From: an uncultured Verrucomicrobiae bacterium
Lineage (GTDB): Bacteria > Verrucomicrobiota > Verrucomicrobiia > Limisphaerales > Palsa-1400
DNA length: 64,000 nt
Assembly (NCBI GenBank): GCA_963702845.1
Contig: OY969763.1
Span: 2,048,001-2,112,000 of the forward strand
Reading direction: 5' to 3'
In this document: one piece after another, positions 42,118 through 52,762 of the stretch
Layout of the letters: each line of letters starts with the position of its first letter
How positions within the stretch are numbered: position 1 is the stretch's first letter
The notes under the pieces: generated by a model
What the model was told of the DNA's origin: nothing
Seen by the model: only the letters and a program-made list of their open reading frames with translations
The model's database searches: none
Program-made: the position numbers and the translations under genes

Positions 42118-43307
42118 CTATTGTTTCTCCGCCGCGTTTTCGGTCTTCTGCCCAGCCGAGCCAGCGGGCACCGGTTCCACCACCGCGCCGTCGCGGAGTT
42201 TCTGCAAACCTTCAACAACAACGGGCTCGCCAGCTTTCAATCCTTCTGTAATCAAAACAGCCCCGCCGATTGTTTCGCCGACAGTCACCGGCCGTTGCAC
42301 TGCTTTGTTCTCAGGCCCAACGACCCAGACGAAGTTTTTTCCCTGCAATTCGGAGATTGCGCCTTCAGGAATGAGAATGCTGTTCTGCCGAACGCCGAGA
42401 TCGACTTCCAATCGTCCGAACATTCCGGGGCGAAGACGCTTTTCTGTGGTTCGGAAATTCGGCGCGGACTCGCAATGTTCCAGTCTTGGCGTCAACAGCA
42501 CGATCCATGAACACGATTTTCCCTTTGTCTGGAAGTCGCGAGCCATCTGCCAAAATGAGATACACTGGAACCTGTTCCAACTTCTCTCCTCTGACGCTGT
42601 AACTCCTGTTGCGCCTTGAGGTATTGAACTTCGCTGATCGCGCAATAGAACCAGATCGGATCAAGCTTCGAAATGGTCGCAAGCAATGTCGGCTGTCCCT
42701 TGCCAACCAGTTCACCAATCGACACTTGTTTTGCGCCAATCAGACCAGTGATCGGCGCGCGAATGTCGCAGTAACCCAAATCCAACTGCGCCGTCTCCAC
42801 ACGCGCCTGCGCCGAATCAATCTCGGCATTGGCAACATCCACCGCAGCAAGTGCGTTATCCAGGTCCTGTTGTGGAACAGCCTTTTTCTTTGCAAGGGGA
42901 GTAAGGCGTGCAACGTCAGTCTCGTGCTTCGCTAAAGCTGCTTTGGTTTGAGCGAGCATGCCTTTGGCAGCAGCCAAACGTTCCTTGAACGGCTTTTGAT
43001 CCAGCAGGAACAATTGATCTCCTTCGTGCACCTCAGTGCCTTCGATAAAAAGCATTTTGTCGACGAATGATTCGACACGCGCGCGTATCTCGACGTTTTG
43101 CGGCGAGTCGAGTTGACCGATGATTTCTGTTTTCATCGGAGCGTTTGTTGTCGTGACTTTCATTACTCCAACCGTTGGCGGCAGTGGCGCTGGCGGAGCG
43201 GCCTTTTTGCAACTGGTGGCTACAAGAAATAGGGAAGATGCGCAGGACAATATCAGTGCTTGCCGAACCCACGGCATCGTGTTCCTTTTTGATGCAATTG
43301 CTTTCAT
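42118..43307 (-). CDS. RND periplasmic adaptor (frameshifts near 42590 and 42450)
   Basis: ATSC lipobox, IRARV, IRAPITG, DRAVDAKTGTL, LRPGMF, spread over three overlapping ORFs. Confidence 0.87.
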
Positions 43308-44011
43308 ACGGTAGTTGGAGGGCTAGGAGGTTGGTCAGAGCGGGACGCTAAGACCTGAAGCGGTTGCACAGCTCCAGTGCGCCAATTGAAGAGAATCGCC
43401 AGCAGGCGAAAGCCAAAGATCACAGCCATCGAAATCCACTCCGCAACCCTGGGTTTTACAAGAGTTCGGTACTCAAGCGAAAGGAACACCGCGCAACCCA
43501 GCAGCGATGCAATGACGTAAAACTGTCCCGGTTTGAAAAGCAACGGCTCTTCCCGGGTAAGGACGTCACGCAGCAAACCGCCGCCCGAAGCATTTACGAC
43601 ACCAACCATAATTGCTGAAGGCACACTCATTTCGGCATGAAGTCCCTTTAGCAACCCAACCATAGTATACGCGCTCAACCCAACAGCATCCAACACGGCG
43701 ATAACCCGGTGAAAACGAACGATCCAGTGGTTTACCACCCAGCCCAAAAAGCACGCTAAGACTATGATAGGCAGAAATTGCCAATTCTGTGTGAGCGCCG
43801 GAGGTCCGTTCTGGAGAAAAATGCCATCGCGAATCAAGCCGCCACCCGCTCCCGTGACCAGCGCCAGAATAAATACGCCGATGAAATCGTATCCCCGCCG
43901 CATTGCTGCGATAACTCCCGACATCGAGAACAACAGGATCGCCACCAGGTCAAAGCCAATCGGTATCCGGATCTGGTTCTGTTGCAAATATTCCCGAAGT
44001 TCGTAGCTCAC
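43304..44011 (-). CDS. TRIC/UPF0126 (YadS-like) trimeric channel family protein
   Basis: Duplicated GGG.xRD motifs (GAGGGLIRD, SGGGLLRD), DAVGL; about 7 TM. Confidence 0.85.
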   Translation of the reverse strand: MSYELREYLQQNQIRIPIGFDLVAILLFSMSGVIAAMRRGYDFIGVFILALVTGAGGGLIRDGIFLQNGPPALTQNWQFLPIIVLACFLGWVVNHWIVRFHRVIAVLDAVGLSAYTMVGLLKGLHAEMSVPSAIMVGVVNASGGGLLRDVLTREEPLLFKPGQFYVIASLLGCAVFLSLEYRTLVKPRVAEWISMAVIFGFRLLAILFNWRTGAVQPLQVLASRSDQPPSPPTTV

Positions 44012-44135
44012 ATTTTAGACTCCAGCGGCCCAAATATCTCGGACCGAAGAAAACCCGTTCGTTCTATTATTTAGTTTGCCACCGTTCTTTGACTGCCGTG
44101 ACATGTCAGTCGCATGCGCTGCTCGCCAACTTGGT

Positions 44136-45618
44136 TTAGTCTTCGAAAAGCTTCCAATTGAACCCAAGCTGAAGCCGAAACACATTGCCTGTCATCACTG
44201 TCTTTTACTTCTTTCTTTCCATACAGACCCTCAAATCCAATGCTCAGTCGCTTTCGGAGTTGATAGATCACGTTAAGCGCTAGAGTAGAAGGTTTTGTGG
44301 TAGGCCAGTGGGCCCTCAGAAAATTCGTTATCCAAATGGACGTATCCGACTGTTGCGGTCGACCGCCATTTATCCGTCCATTGATGGGTATAACCCAGCA
44401 TTCCGGAGAAGCATTTCATAGCCTCTAGTTTGCCCGAACTGTCGAAAGCCGCATCGCCGCCGTTAAATCCAGGGTAGGTAAAGTTGTCGTTCATATAATG
44501 AAAATAGCCACGACCGTAGGTGCCCTGCGCCTGTAGAGAGTCCTTGCAAAAAACGTTAAGACTTGTGGCAGCCATCAAGCCGTAGCCAAAGACGCTTTGC
44601 TTTCCAAGCTCTGGACTATCAGCACCAATATCGCGAAGAATTGCAGCGACTTGGACATGCCCGATTTTTTTGTCTTCCCATCGGAAGTTCAGGCCGCCAT
44701 CCGGTGCGTGATTCTCGGCGCATGACATTCGGAACATTGACCGTGTCAATATCAGAGGCAGGCTGCTGAATACCAAAGTTCACCTCCCAATGTTCGTTCA
44801 ACGCCAGCAGATACCGCACAGTCGCTTGTCGTGCGAATATCATTGAGTTCGGCCCTTCGAAATCGACAGTGTCCGGCCAAACGTCCGGATCTTCGAAAAT
44901 GCTGTAATGTAAAGCCGGCGGTAACATTGTAGTACTGTCCCCAGAGTTGCTTCAGGCGATAGCCAGCTTGAATACCTGTCCCGCCGCCAAAGAAATCGTT
45001 GTCGTAATAAAATCGCGGGTCGCCCGGAAAGTCAGGAGCCCTCACATCGACGCTCAGCGATGACCCGCGAGTGTTTGCATTAAATTGATTGCCGTGTCCG
45101 TAAGTTGACTCGCCTTTAACTGGAATTTGTGCAGTCACAAAGCGGTCCGGATTCCCGGAATTGCGATTATCGTCAGTAAAATCGGCCCGCACTCTTGCAT
45201 TGAATTTGAGAAACGCGGGCGTGTTTGGGATTGGGATATAACCCTTGTATTGCGGATCGAGAGTAACGTTGTCGGGACGCGGCGCGGATTGCTGGTAATC
45301 TTTGCCTGTTTCACGTAGAGTGATTTGGCTCGCCTGCGGCGCGACCGTAATTGTTGGCACCACGAAATGAACCCCTGCCTTGTTCGTTATCCCGAGTGTT
45401 GCAGCTACGGATTGTAGCGACGGCGGCTGCTCTTCTTTTTTTGCCTGCGGTTGTTCTTTTTTTAAATCATTAATCTGCTGCTGCATATTGGTGACCATTT
45501 GCTGCATCGCTTGCAGTTGTGCCTGCAACTGCTCAATAGATGGGGTTTGCGTCTGTGCTCTCGCGACGCATGTTAGCGTCGCGCACAGAGCGATGAGGAG
45601 TCGTTGCTTGATTTTCAT
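44136..45618 (-). CDS. DcaP-like outer-membrane porin with N-terminal coiled coil (about 4 frameshifts)
   Basis: Signal peptide, Gln-rich coiled coil, DRFVTAQIP, YYDNDFFG, PDTVDFEGP; reconstructed C-terminus ...GNVFRLQLGFNWKLFED* with TAA at 44136-44138. Confidence 0.75.
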
Positions 45619-45619
45619 G

Positions 45620-46834
45620 TTATCGAGAACTGATCCGGGCGTTTACGTGGGGAGAACCGAAAATGTTTAAACCGAGCTGGGTATCGATGTAGTTGATCGC
45701 TTCCGTCGCTCGTATGCTGTTGCCCGCTTCGTTAAGAGGAGGCGCAAAACCAACGATCGCCATTTTCCCTGGCACTACGGCTACGATCCCGCCACCAACG
45801 CCGGTTTTGGCCGGAAGACCTGCGGTGTAAGCCCATTGACCCGATTCATCGTAGAAACCCGCCATGGTCATGACAGCCAGAACGCGAGGGACGTGTTTTT
45901 CGTCAAGGCAACGCTCCTTGGTTTTCGGATTAACGCCGCCATTGGCCAGCGTCGCTCCCATCATCGCAAGCTGCTTCGCGGTCACGCCGATCGAGCATTG
46001 CTTTGTATAAACATCACAAGCCTCAGGCCCGTCACAAAAAAGGTTTTTATTGTTCAACAGAATCTCTGCGATACCGCGATTGCGGAAATTCGATTCAGCT
46101 TCGGATTTATAGACTTCGTCGATCAGTTTGAGTTCTTCGCCGGCAAATTTGCTTTGGTAAGCGAGAATTTTTTGCCATCGGTCATCCGCGCCGCTGGCTT
46201 TGACCAGGCTGACACTGGCGATAGCCCCGGCGTTGACGAGAGGGTTGATCGCTTTGTTATCGTGCAGGCCCAACGCAACAATGGAGTTGAACGGCATTCC
46301 TGTCGGTTCCACTCCGATTTTCTTTAACACCGCTTCCTCACCGAATTCCTGCATCACTTGCGCGAGCGTGAACACTTTCGAGCAGGATTGGATCGAGAAC
46401 GAATAATCGACATCGCCGGCGGTATACACGTGTCCGTCTACCGTCACGATCGCAACTCCGAACAACTTCGAAGGAACACTCGCGAGATACGGAATATAAT
46501 CCGCGTTTTTGCCCGAGTTGTCGTTTTGAAAACGCTGATGCGCTTCATCGACGACTCGTTGCAATGTATCAGCCGACGGCATATTTGCCGCTGTTGTGCT
46601 CGACCCCGCCGGTTCCAAAGGCGTTATCTTCGTCGGGGCCTCATAAGTAATTGTCCCCGATGTCGCTGTCTGTATCGGTGCGGTCGAACCTATATGAGTC
46701 GTCGTGCTAATGCTGGTATAACTCGGCGACCCTTTTTTGTTTTCTTTCGTTGAGCATGCAACCAGCAGTGAACAGCACAACGCTGTGACCGCTGTGCCGA
46801 AAACAAAACGATGAATGACACTAGTTGATTTCAT
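45620..46834 (-). CDS. glsA: Glutaminase A with lipoprotein signal peptide
   Basis: ADYIPYL, FSIQSCSKVF (SxxK), EPTG.PFNS, NPLVNAGAI, PAKTGVGGG, GNS; N-terminal LLVAC lipobox and Ser/Thr linker. Confidence 0.92.
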   Translation of the reverse strand: MKSTSVIHRFVFGTAVTALCCSLLVACSTKENKKGSPSYTSISTTTHIGSTAPIQTATSGTITYEAPTKITPLEPAGSSTTAANMPSADTLQRVVDEAHQRFQNDNSGKNADYIPYLASVPSKLFGVAIVTVDGHVYTAGDVDYSFSIQSCSKVFTLAQVMQEFGEEAVLKKIGVEPTGMPFNSIVALGLHDNKAINPLVNAGAIASVSLVKASGADDRWQKILAYQSKFAGEELKLIDEVYKSEAESNFRNRGIAEILLNNKNLFCDGPEACDVYTKQCSIGVTAKQLAMMGATLANGGVNPKTKERCLDEKHVPRVLAVMTMAGFYDESGQWAYTAGLPAKTGVGGGIVAVVPGKMAIVGFAPPLNEAGNSIRATEAINYIDTQLGLNIFGSPHVNARISSR

Positions 46835-46855
46835 AACATTCCCCTTTGGTTCGAA

Positions 46856-47914
46856 TTAATATTGATAGAACAGTTCTTGCAGCTGTTTAGGTTCCTGCGT
46901 TTGCGTCAGCCCGAGCATAAGAAGAATGCGCGCCTTTTGTGGATTGAGTTCCATCGCCGCAATGAAACCCATGTCGTCGTCCTTGATTTCGACATTCCGA
47001 TCCACGATTCCGCTACCCACGCGCGAACTGCGAACCACAGCCACTCCCTGCTGCGCCGCTTTTTTCAAAGCCTCTAATGCGGCGTCAGTCGTGTTGCCGT
47101 CGCCCACGCCAGCCAGGATAATTCCCTTGGCGCCGCGTTTTACAGCGTCTTGGATCGTGTTGCCTCCGAAGTTCGCGTAGGAATAAACAATTTCGACATA
47201 CGGCAGTTTGTCCACGGTGAGATCGTCAACTGAGAACTGGCTTTGTGTTGTGCGCTTTGTCGTCAGCGGATCGTAGAAGTAGGCCTTGCCCACATTCATC
47301 ACCCCCGCAACTCCGCGATTGGGCGATTTAAAAGTGTCCAGGTGCGTCGTGTGTGTTTTCGTTGTCTCGCGACCGTACTGGAAATTGTCATTGAGAACGA
47401 CTAACGGTCCGAGACCTTTTGCACGCGGATTTCCAGCCAGGGCGACCCCATTGTACAAATTCGCTGGCCCATCCGCGCTGATCGCCGTTGCCGGACGCAT
47501 TGATCCGACCAGGATCACGGGCTTGTCACTCTTGACTACCAGGCTGAGGAAGTAGGCCGTCTCCTCCATTGTGTCTGTTCCGTGAGTGATCACGACCCCA
47601 TCAGTGTCGCCGGCCAAAACTTCATTAACCCGTTTCGCAAGCTTCAGCCAAACCTCGTGGTTCATCGTTTGCGAGCCGATGTTTGCCACCTGTTCGCCTG
47701 AAAGTTCTGCAAGGTTGGTCATGGCCGGCACGGCTTTGATGAGATCATCCACGGAAAATGTCCCGGATTTATAGCCGGCCTCCGCTGTGCTTGATTGCGC
47801 CCCGGCAATCGTTCCACCGGTGGCAAGAATCTTGATTTTAGGTTTCCCATCGGCCGCGAGCGTTATCGCCAAAGCCGCCAACACCCCAATCGCACACACG
47901 TGTAATCTTTTCAT
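46856..47914 (-). CDS. ansB: Type II (secreted) L-asparaginase
   Basis: Signal peptide; ATGGTIAG, HGTDTMEET, SADGPANL, LNPQKARILL. Confidence 0.92.
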   Translation of the reverse strand: MKRLHVCAIGVLAALAITLAADGKPKIKILATGGTIAGAQSSTAEAGYKSGTFSVDDLIKAVPAMTNLAELSGEQVANIGSQTMNHEVWLKLAKRVNEVLAGDTDGVVITHGTDTMEETAYFLSLVVKSDKPVILVGSMRPATAISADGPANLYNGVALAGNPRAKGLGPLVVLNDNFQYGRETTKTHTTHLDTFKSPNRGVAGVMNVGKAYFYDPLTTKRTTQSQFSVDDLTVDKLPYVEIVYSYANFGGNTIQDAVKRGAKGIILAGVGDGNTTDAALEALKKAAQQGVAVVRSSRVGSGIVDRNVEIKDDDMGFIAAMELNPQKARILLMLGLTQTQEPKQLQELFYQY

Positions 47915-48332
47915 ACGACTGCGACGCTATTCCTCGGCCGCGTTTCAGAACATCATCGTTCGGTTGTTAATGCTCATCATCTGAACGTGTCTGTCCTCCT
48001 CAGCTTCTTCCTTAACAGTTGAAATAGGCATCGCAAGCTTGCGGAGACATGGGTAGGCATAGGAAAACTGTTTGTATAAATTCGCGAATCACGAGCCATC
48101 AGTAATTTCCCTGAGGCGTGCTACCAGGATGTCTGACCTCGCAATACCAGAAAGGTGTTATAGGAGTCTGATTGAGGCGTTGGGAATCAGGCTTAGGGTA
48201 CTTTTGACGGGGGACGTTTTCGTTTCGTGTGTGAGAAACTCCACAAGCAGCAAAGGCTTGGGGCATTTGTCTCGGAACGGGATGTCGAGGAGATCGCTAG
48301 GAAAGTAAACATGTTAGAACAAGGAGGAGTCC

Positions 48333-49469
48333 ATGAGCGTAAACATTATTGATATGGTAAAGAGCCAGCTCGGGGGAGCTGCGGTTAACAAACTAAGTTC
48401 GTTTCTTGGCGAATCGAGTGAGAACACCCAGTCCGCACTTGGGGCGACCATTCCAACGTTGCTGGCGGGCCTAACCCATGCCGCGTCAACGCCCGAAGGC
48501 GCACAGAAGTTATCGGATGCGGCTGCGGAACATGAAAATGCGTTGTCGAATTATGGTGATTCGATCTCTTCGCAAGGTGAGTCTATCGCGAGCAAAGGTT
48601 CTTCGGCGTTGAGCTCGTTGCTTGGAGGTGGAATGTCATCGGGCATTGCATCGGTTCTTGGTCGATTCACGGGTTTAAGTGGTAGTACCACCAGCCGTCT
48701 CATCGGTTTGGCGACGCCACTCCTTTTTGGCATCCTGGGCAAGTATCAGCGCAGCACGGGACTTAATGCCACCGGGTTGAGCGGTTTTCTCAGCAGTCAA
48801 AAGCAGAATATCACGGGAGCAATGCCGGCAGGATTGAGCAGCATGCTGGGCAGTATTCCCGGGCTCAGCGGGTTTGCCAAGACGGAAGCACCCGAAGTCG
48901 GTGCCACGGAAAAAACCGCGTATGAACGACCGACTTACGATACGTCACGCAAGGTCGAGGCTGAGCCTGTTGGCGCAAGCGGCAAGAAATGGGGGATTGG
49001 AGTTGCGGCAGCGCTCGCAGCCCTCGGATTGGTGTGGGCCGTCTCAAATCATCGTCGCGCTGAGGAACCGCGAGTTGCTCAAACGACACCGATGATAACC
49101 GAGCCGGCGGGAAGTCAGACACCGCAAGTGTCTTCACTGAAAAGCGGATTGAACGAGACGCTTTCCAGCGTGAATACAACCTTGAATGGAATTACAGATC
49201 CGGCCTCGGCCGACAAAGCGATGCCCGAACTGAATCAGTTGAACGGCAAACTTACCGATCTCCACTCGAGCTGGGACACGTTGCCGGATGCGGTAAAGTC
49301 TACTGCCGCATCGCCGATACAGTCGATGTCAGGAACCATTAATGACAGTATAGCCAAGGTCCGAGCCATGCCCGGCGTTGGCGATAAGCTCAAGCCAGTG
49401 CTCGACGAACTTGATAAGAATCTGTCCGGTTTTAACATGGCGAGCCCAGCTCCAACTCCAGCTCCGTAA
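48333..49469 (+). CDS. DUF937-domain membrane protein
   Basis: N-terminal DUF937-like helical repeats, one TM, C-terminal helical domain; RBS AGGAGGAG. Confidence 0.75.
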   Translation: MSVNIIDMVKSQLGGAAVNKLSSFLGESSENTQSALGATIPTLLAGLTHAASTPEGAQKLSDAAAEHENALSNYGDSISSQGESIASKGSSALSSLLGGGMSSGIASVLGRFTGLSGSTTSRLIGLATPLLFGILGKYQRSTGLNATGLSGFLSSQKQNITGAMPAGLSSMLGSIPGLSGFAKTEAPEVGATEKTAYERPTYDTSRKVEAEPVGASGKKWGIGVAAALAALGLVWAVSNHRRAEEPRVAQTTPMITEPAGSQTPQVSSLKSGLNETLSSVNTTLNGITDPASADKAMPELNQLNGKLTDLHSSWDTLPDAVKSTAASPIQSMSGTINDSIAKVRAMPGVGDKLKPVLDELDKNLSGFNMASPAPTPAP

Positions 49470-49864
49470 GTGAAACCTGGCGTGTGGTTGAGGGCGTTCA
49501 AACGACGGCCTGAGGTGTTTTGCATTTTGTGAGCATCTCAGGCCGATAGTCCTGCCGACGTTGACTTATCCACGATACGCTCTCTTTGATGCTCAGGAGT
49601 TCTTTCCGGGAGGAATGTTTTTTTCGACAGTGTGTTCGTCAATACAGCACGACTGTTATCCGGGCCGGAGAGTTAGAACTTGCTTTGTAGTTATTCATAT
49701 ACTGGTGGACGTAGTTCCTTCATTGCACGCCTGCCAGCATTTCATGCCATCTATCATTTGACCTGCTTGCTGCCGGTTCCAAGCTAGGCGCTGGATTGGG
49801 TTTATTGCAAGGGGTGGGGCGGTGTTGTATTTTGAACCTTCAGGGAAAGGAAGTAGGTTTGAAA

Positions 49865-51264
49865 ATGGGCATTCGCCATATCTTCGGCGCACCAGTATTT
49901 GCGGATGAAGAGCAAACGCGTCGAGTATGGGTATTGCATGTCATCCTCTGGACCTTCCTGCTTCTCGGCATCGTGGCGTTTGTGGCGAACATGTTGATAT
50001 TGCCTCAACACAAGGCGCGATGGATAGGGCTCACTGCCTCGTTCGGTCTCATTAGTGTTGTGTTGATTTTGCTAAACCGCCGCGGTCGCACGCGGATGGC
50101 GGCTGTTTTGTTGCTCGCGGTGCTTTGGTTGATGTCGGTGGTGCTGGCTTTGATCTCGGGCGGCGTTCACTCAGTTGTCAGTTTAGCCTGGGTCGTTTAC
50201 GTGCTGGTGGCTGGACTGCTGTTCGGCGACAAAGCGGGAGTCATTGCGGCGATTGTTTTCAGCCTCCCCGGGTTGACCTTCCTGGAGCTGGAAGCGGCGG
50301 GCCGGCTCCCCACCAGCAGGTTGGCTCATACGCCACTTTCACTTTGGGTAGTTCAAGTCTTTTTACCTCGGGCTCGTAGCCGGTTTTCAATTTTTGGCCA
50401 ATCGCTCAATCAAGGCCGCCCTGGAACGCGCGCGACACGAGTTGGGGGGTACGGCGGCAAACTGAAATAGCTTTGCGGCAATCCCGCGACGAATTGGAAA
50501 CGCGCGTTCGGGAGCGCACCGCTGAATTGCAGAATGTGAACAAGGAACTGGAGGCGTTCACTCATTCGGTTTCTCATGATTTACGCGCCCCATTGCGAGC
50601 CGTGAATGGTTTCACCAGTATATTGATCGAGGAACATGCTCATGGCATGCCCGCCGATGCTCAGGAACTATTATCCGGCATCAAGGCCGGTTCGCAGAGG
50701 ATGGAGGAACTGATTCGGGATCTTTTGAACCTGTCCCGAATCGACCGCCAACCATTGATTACCCAGACCGTGAACCTCACCAATCTTGTCCATAAAACGT
50801 TCGAAGAACTTCGCGAACAACGACAGGGTCGTGACATCGAGATCCAAGTGGAGCGTTTGCCGGACTGCATCGGAGACCCTTCCTTGCTGCAACAGGTGTT
50901 TGTTAATTTACTTTCTAACGCCATCAAGTTTACTGCCCGTCAGGAGAAAGCTTCGATCGTCGTGGGCTCCAAAACTGAAGCGGGAGATACCATCTACTTT
51001 GTGAAGGACAACGGGGTCGGTTTTGACATGCGTAATGCCGAAAAGCTCTTTGGCGCTTTTCAGCGCCTGCACAGCGCCAAACAGTTTGCGGGAACCGGTG
51101 TCGGTCTCTCAATTGTCCAACGCATCGTCCATCGTCACGGCGGACGAATCTGGGCCGAGTCGGCAGTGAATCAGGGCACGACCTTTTATTTTACGCTGCC
51201 GCTTTCCAAAACCGGTGACGGGAAGTGGGCGAGTCAAAAAGGATTCACTCCTCAACATGGTTAA
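49865..51264 (+). CDS. Membrane sensor histidine kinase (frameshifted around 50360-50470)
   Basis: Multi-TM N-terminus; SVSHDLRAPL, NLLSNAIKF, DNGVGF, GTGVGL. Confidence 0.82.
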
Positions 51265-51380
51265 TTTTGCGGGGCCACTTGTCTCTCCCGTCTGGACAAA
51301 TTCCTCGTCGAATTAGTGAGAATCCAAGATCTACTCGTCGCAATCCGAGTAAATGCTTGGATTCTCCGTGTTTGATACGA

Positions 51381-51647
51381 TTAAACCTCAACGTTTCGAT
51401 TACGCTTGGTGAACATGCGATAGACCCACAGCAAGATAACCGCGCCGACGATCGATGCGATGAAACCCGCCGACTCGCCTGTACTATACCAACCAACGGC
51501 GCGTCCGAGGTAATACGCGACAAACGAACCCGCGATACCAAGCAGTGCTGTGATCACAAACCCGCCCGGATCCCGGCCCGGCATCAGCAATTTCGCGATG
51601 ACACCGACGATCAAACCGATAACGATCATTCCTAATATTTGCATCAT
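51381..51647 (-). CDS. GlsB/YeaQ/YmgE family stress-response membrane protein
   Basis: IGLIVGVIAKLLMPGRDPGG...LGIAGS...SIVGAVILL. Confidence 0.9.
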   Translation of the reverse strand: MMQILGMIVIGLIVGVIAKLLMPGRDPGGFVITALLGIAGSFVAYYLGRAVGWYSTGESAGFIASIVGAVILLWVYRMFTKRNRNVEV

Positions 51648-51710
51648 AATAATTCCTCCTGTTTGTTAAAGCGTACGTGGGTCGCGAATTTCAACAACAC
51701 CACTGGCGTG

Positions 51711-51727
51711 CTAGGAAAAAACCCTAG
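51711..51727. promoter_or_regulatory. Inverted repeat CTAGG-N7-CCTAG between divergent genes (candidate operator)
   Basis: ctaggaaaaaaccctag. Confidence 0.35.
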
Positions 51728-51929
51728 GTCTATATCATCTGGTCAAAACGGGCTTGCCTCGATTTGGCGGAGAGGGAGTGCCTGAGTGCGTATGACGCAT
51801 CGGGCTCGGCATGAATTTCAAGGTCTACCCTCAAATATTATGCAATACCGGATGTCACGAACCGCAAAGCCCCTCGGATTGCGTTTCCGCCACCGCAACC
51901 TAGTTTACCAACTCAGGAGGAATCAAACT

Positions 51930-52757
51930 ATGAATTCAAAGGGTATTTCTTTTCGGGTTGTTGTCGCCTCGCTGTTCCTGGCGGCTTTCACATTTATAAC
52001 GCTGGCGGCCGATACAACGACGGGTAAAACAAAAGCATCTGGCGCCGATAAAAATGCTTCAACGGCAAAAGTGGATATCAACACCGCAAGCGAAGCCGAA
52101 TTACAGACACTTCCGGGCGTCGGCAAATCAACCGTTAAAAAAATCATTTCGCACAGGCCTTATGCGTCGGTCTCGGATCTTAAGAAAGCGGGCGTTTCCG
52201 CGAAGTCGATCCAAAAAATTGAACCTCTCGCCAGCGCGGGAGCAGCAAGCTCACGAATATCTGAACCCGCCGGCGCGGCGCCAACAACCAGCCGGTCCCA
52301 TTCTGCAAACGCTGATGCCACGGGCAAAAAGGCCTCGACGGCAAAAGTTGATCTCAACACCGCGAGCGAAGCCGAATTACAAACGCTTCCGGGCGTCGGC
52401 AAATCAACCGCTAAAAAAATCATGTCGAACAGACCTTACGCGTCGGTCTCGGATCTTAAAAAAGCCGGCGTTTCCGCAAAGACGATCCAAAAAATTGAGC
52501 CTCTCGCAAGTGCAGGAACTGCAAGCTCACGAATATCCGAACCCGCCGGCGCAGCGCCAACAACCAGCCGGTCCCATTCTGCAAACGCCGATGCTGCGGC
52601 CGCCGACAAAGGGATGGTTTGGGCTAACACAGATTCGAAAGTGTTCCATCGTCCCGGCGACCCCTGGTATGGCAAAACGAAACAAGGCGCGTATATGACG
52701 GAGAAAGAAGCCATCTCCGCCGGTTATCACGAATCAAAACAATCAGGGGAGAAATAA
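51930..52757 (+). CDS. Secreted ComEA-like protein with two helix-hairpin-helix modules
   Basis: Signal peptide; two copies of VD.NTASEAELQTLPGVG...RPY.S..DL; C-terminal VWANT.SKVFH..G..WYGKTK.G.YMTE.EA...G domain. Confidence 0.85.
   Translation: MNSKGISFRVVVASLFLAAFTFITLAADTTTGKTKASGADKNASTAKVDINTASEAELQTLPGVGKSTVKKIISHRPYASVSDLKKAGVSAKSIQKIEPLASAGAASSRISEPAGAAPTTSRSHSANADATGKKASTAKVDLNTASEAELQTLPGVGKSTAKKIMSNRPYASVSDLKKAGVSAKTIQKIEPLASAGTASSRISEPAGAAPTTSRSHSANADAAAADKGMVWANTDSKVFHRPGDPWYGKTKQGAYMTEKEAISAGYHESKQSGEK
52056..52595 (+). repeat. Intragenic tandem duplication, 276-bp period
   Basis: Copies start at 52056 and 52332; proteins nearly identical, with many synonymous differences. 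Confidence 0.9.
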
Positions 52758-52762
52758 AGGCT

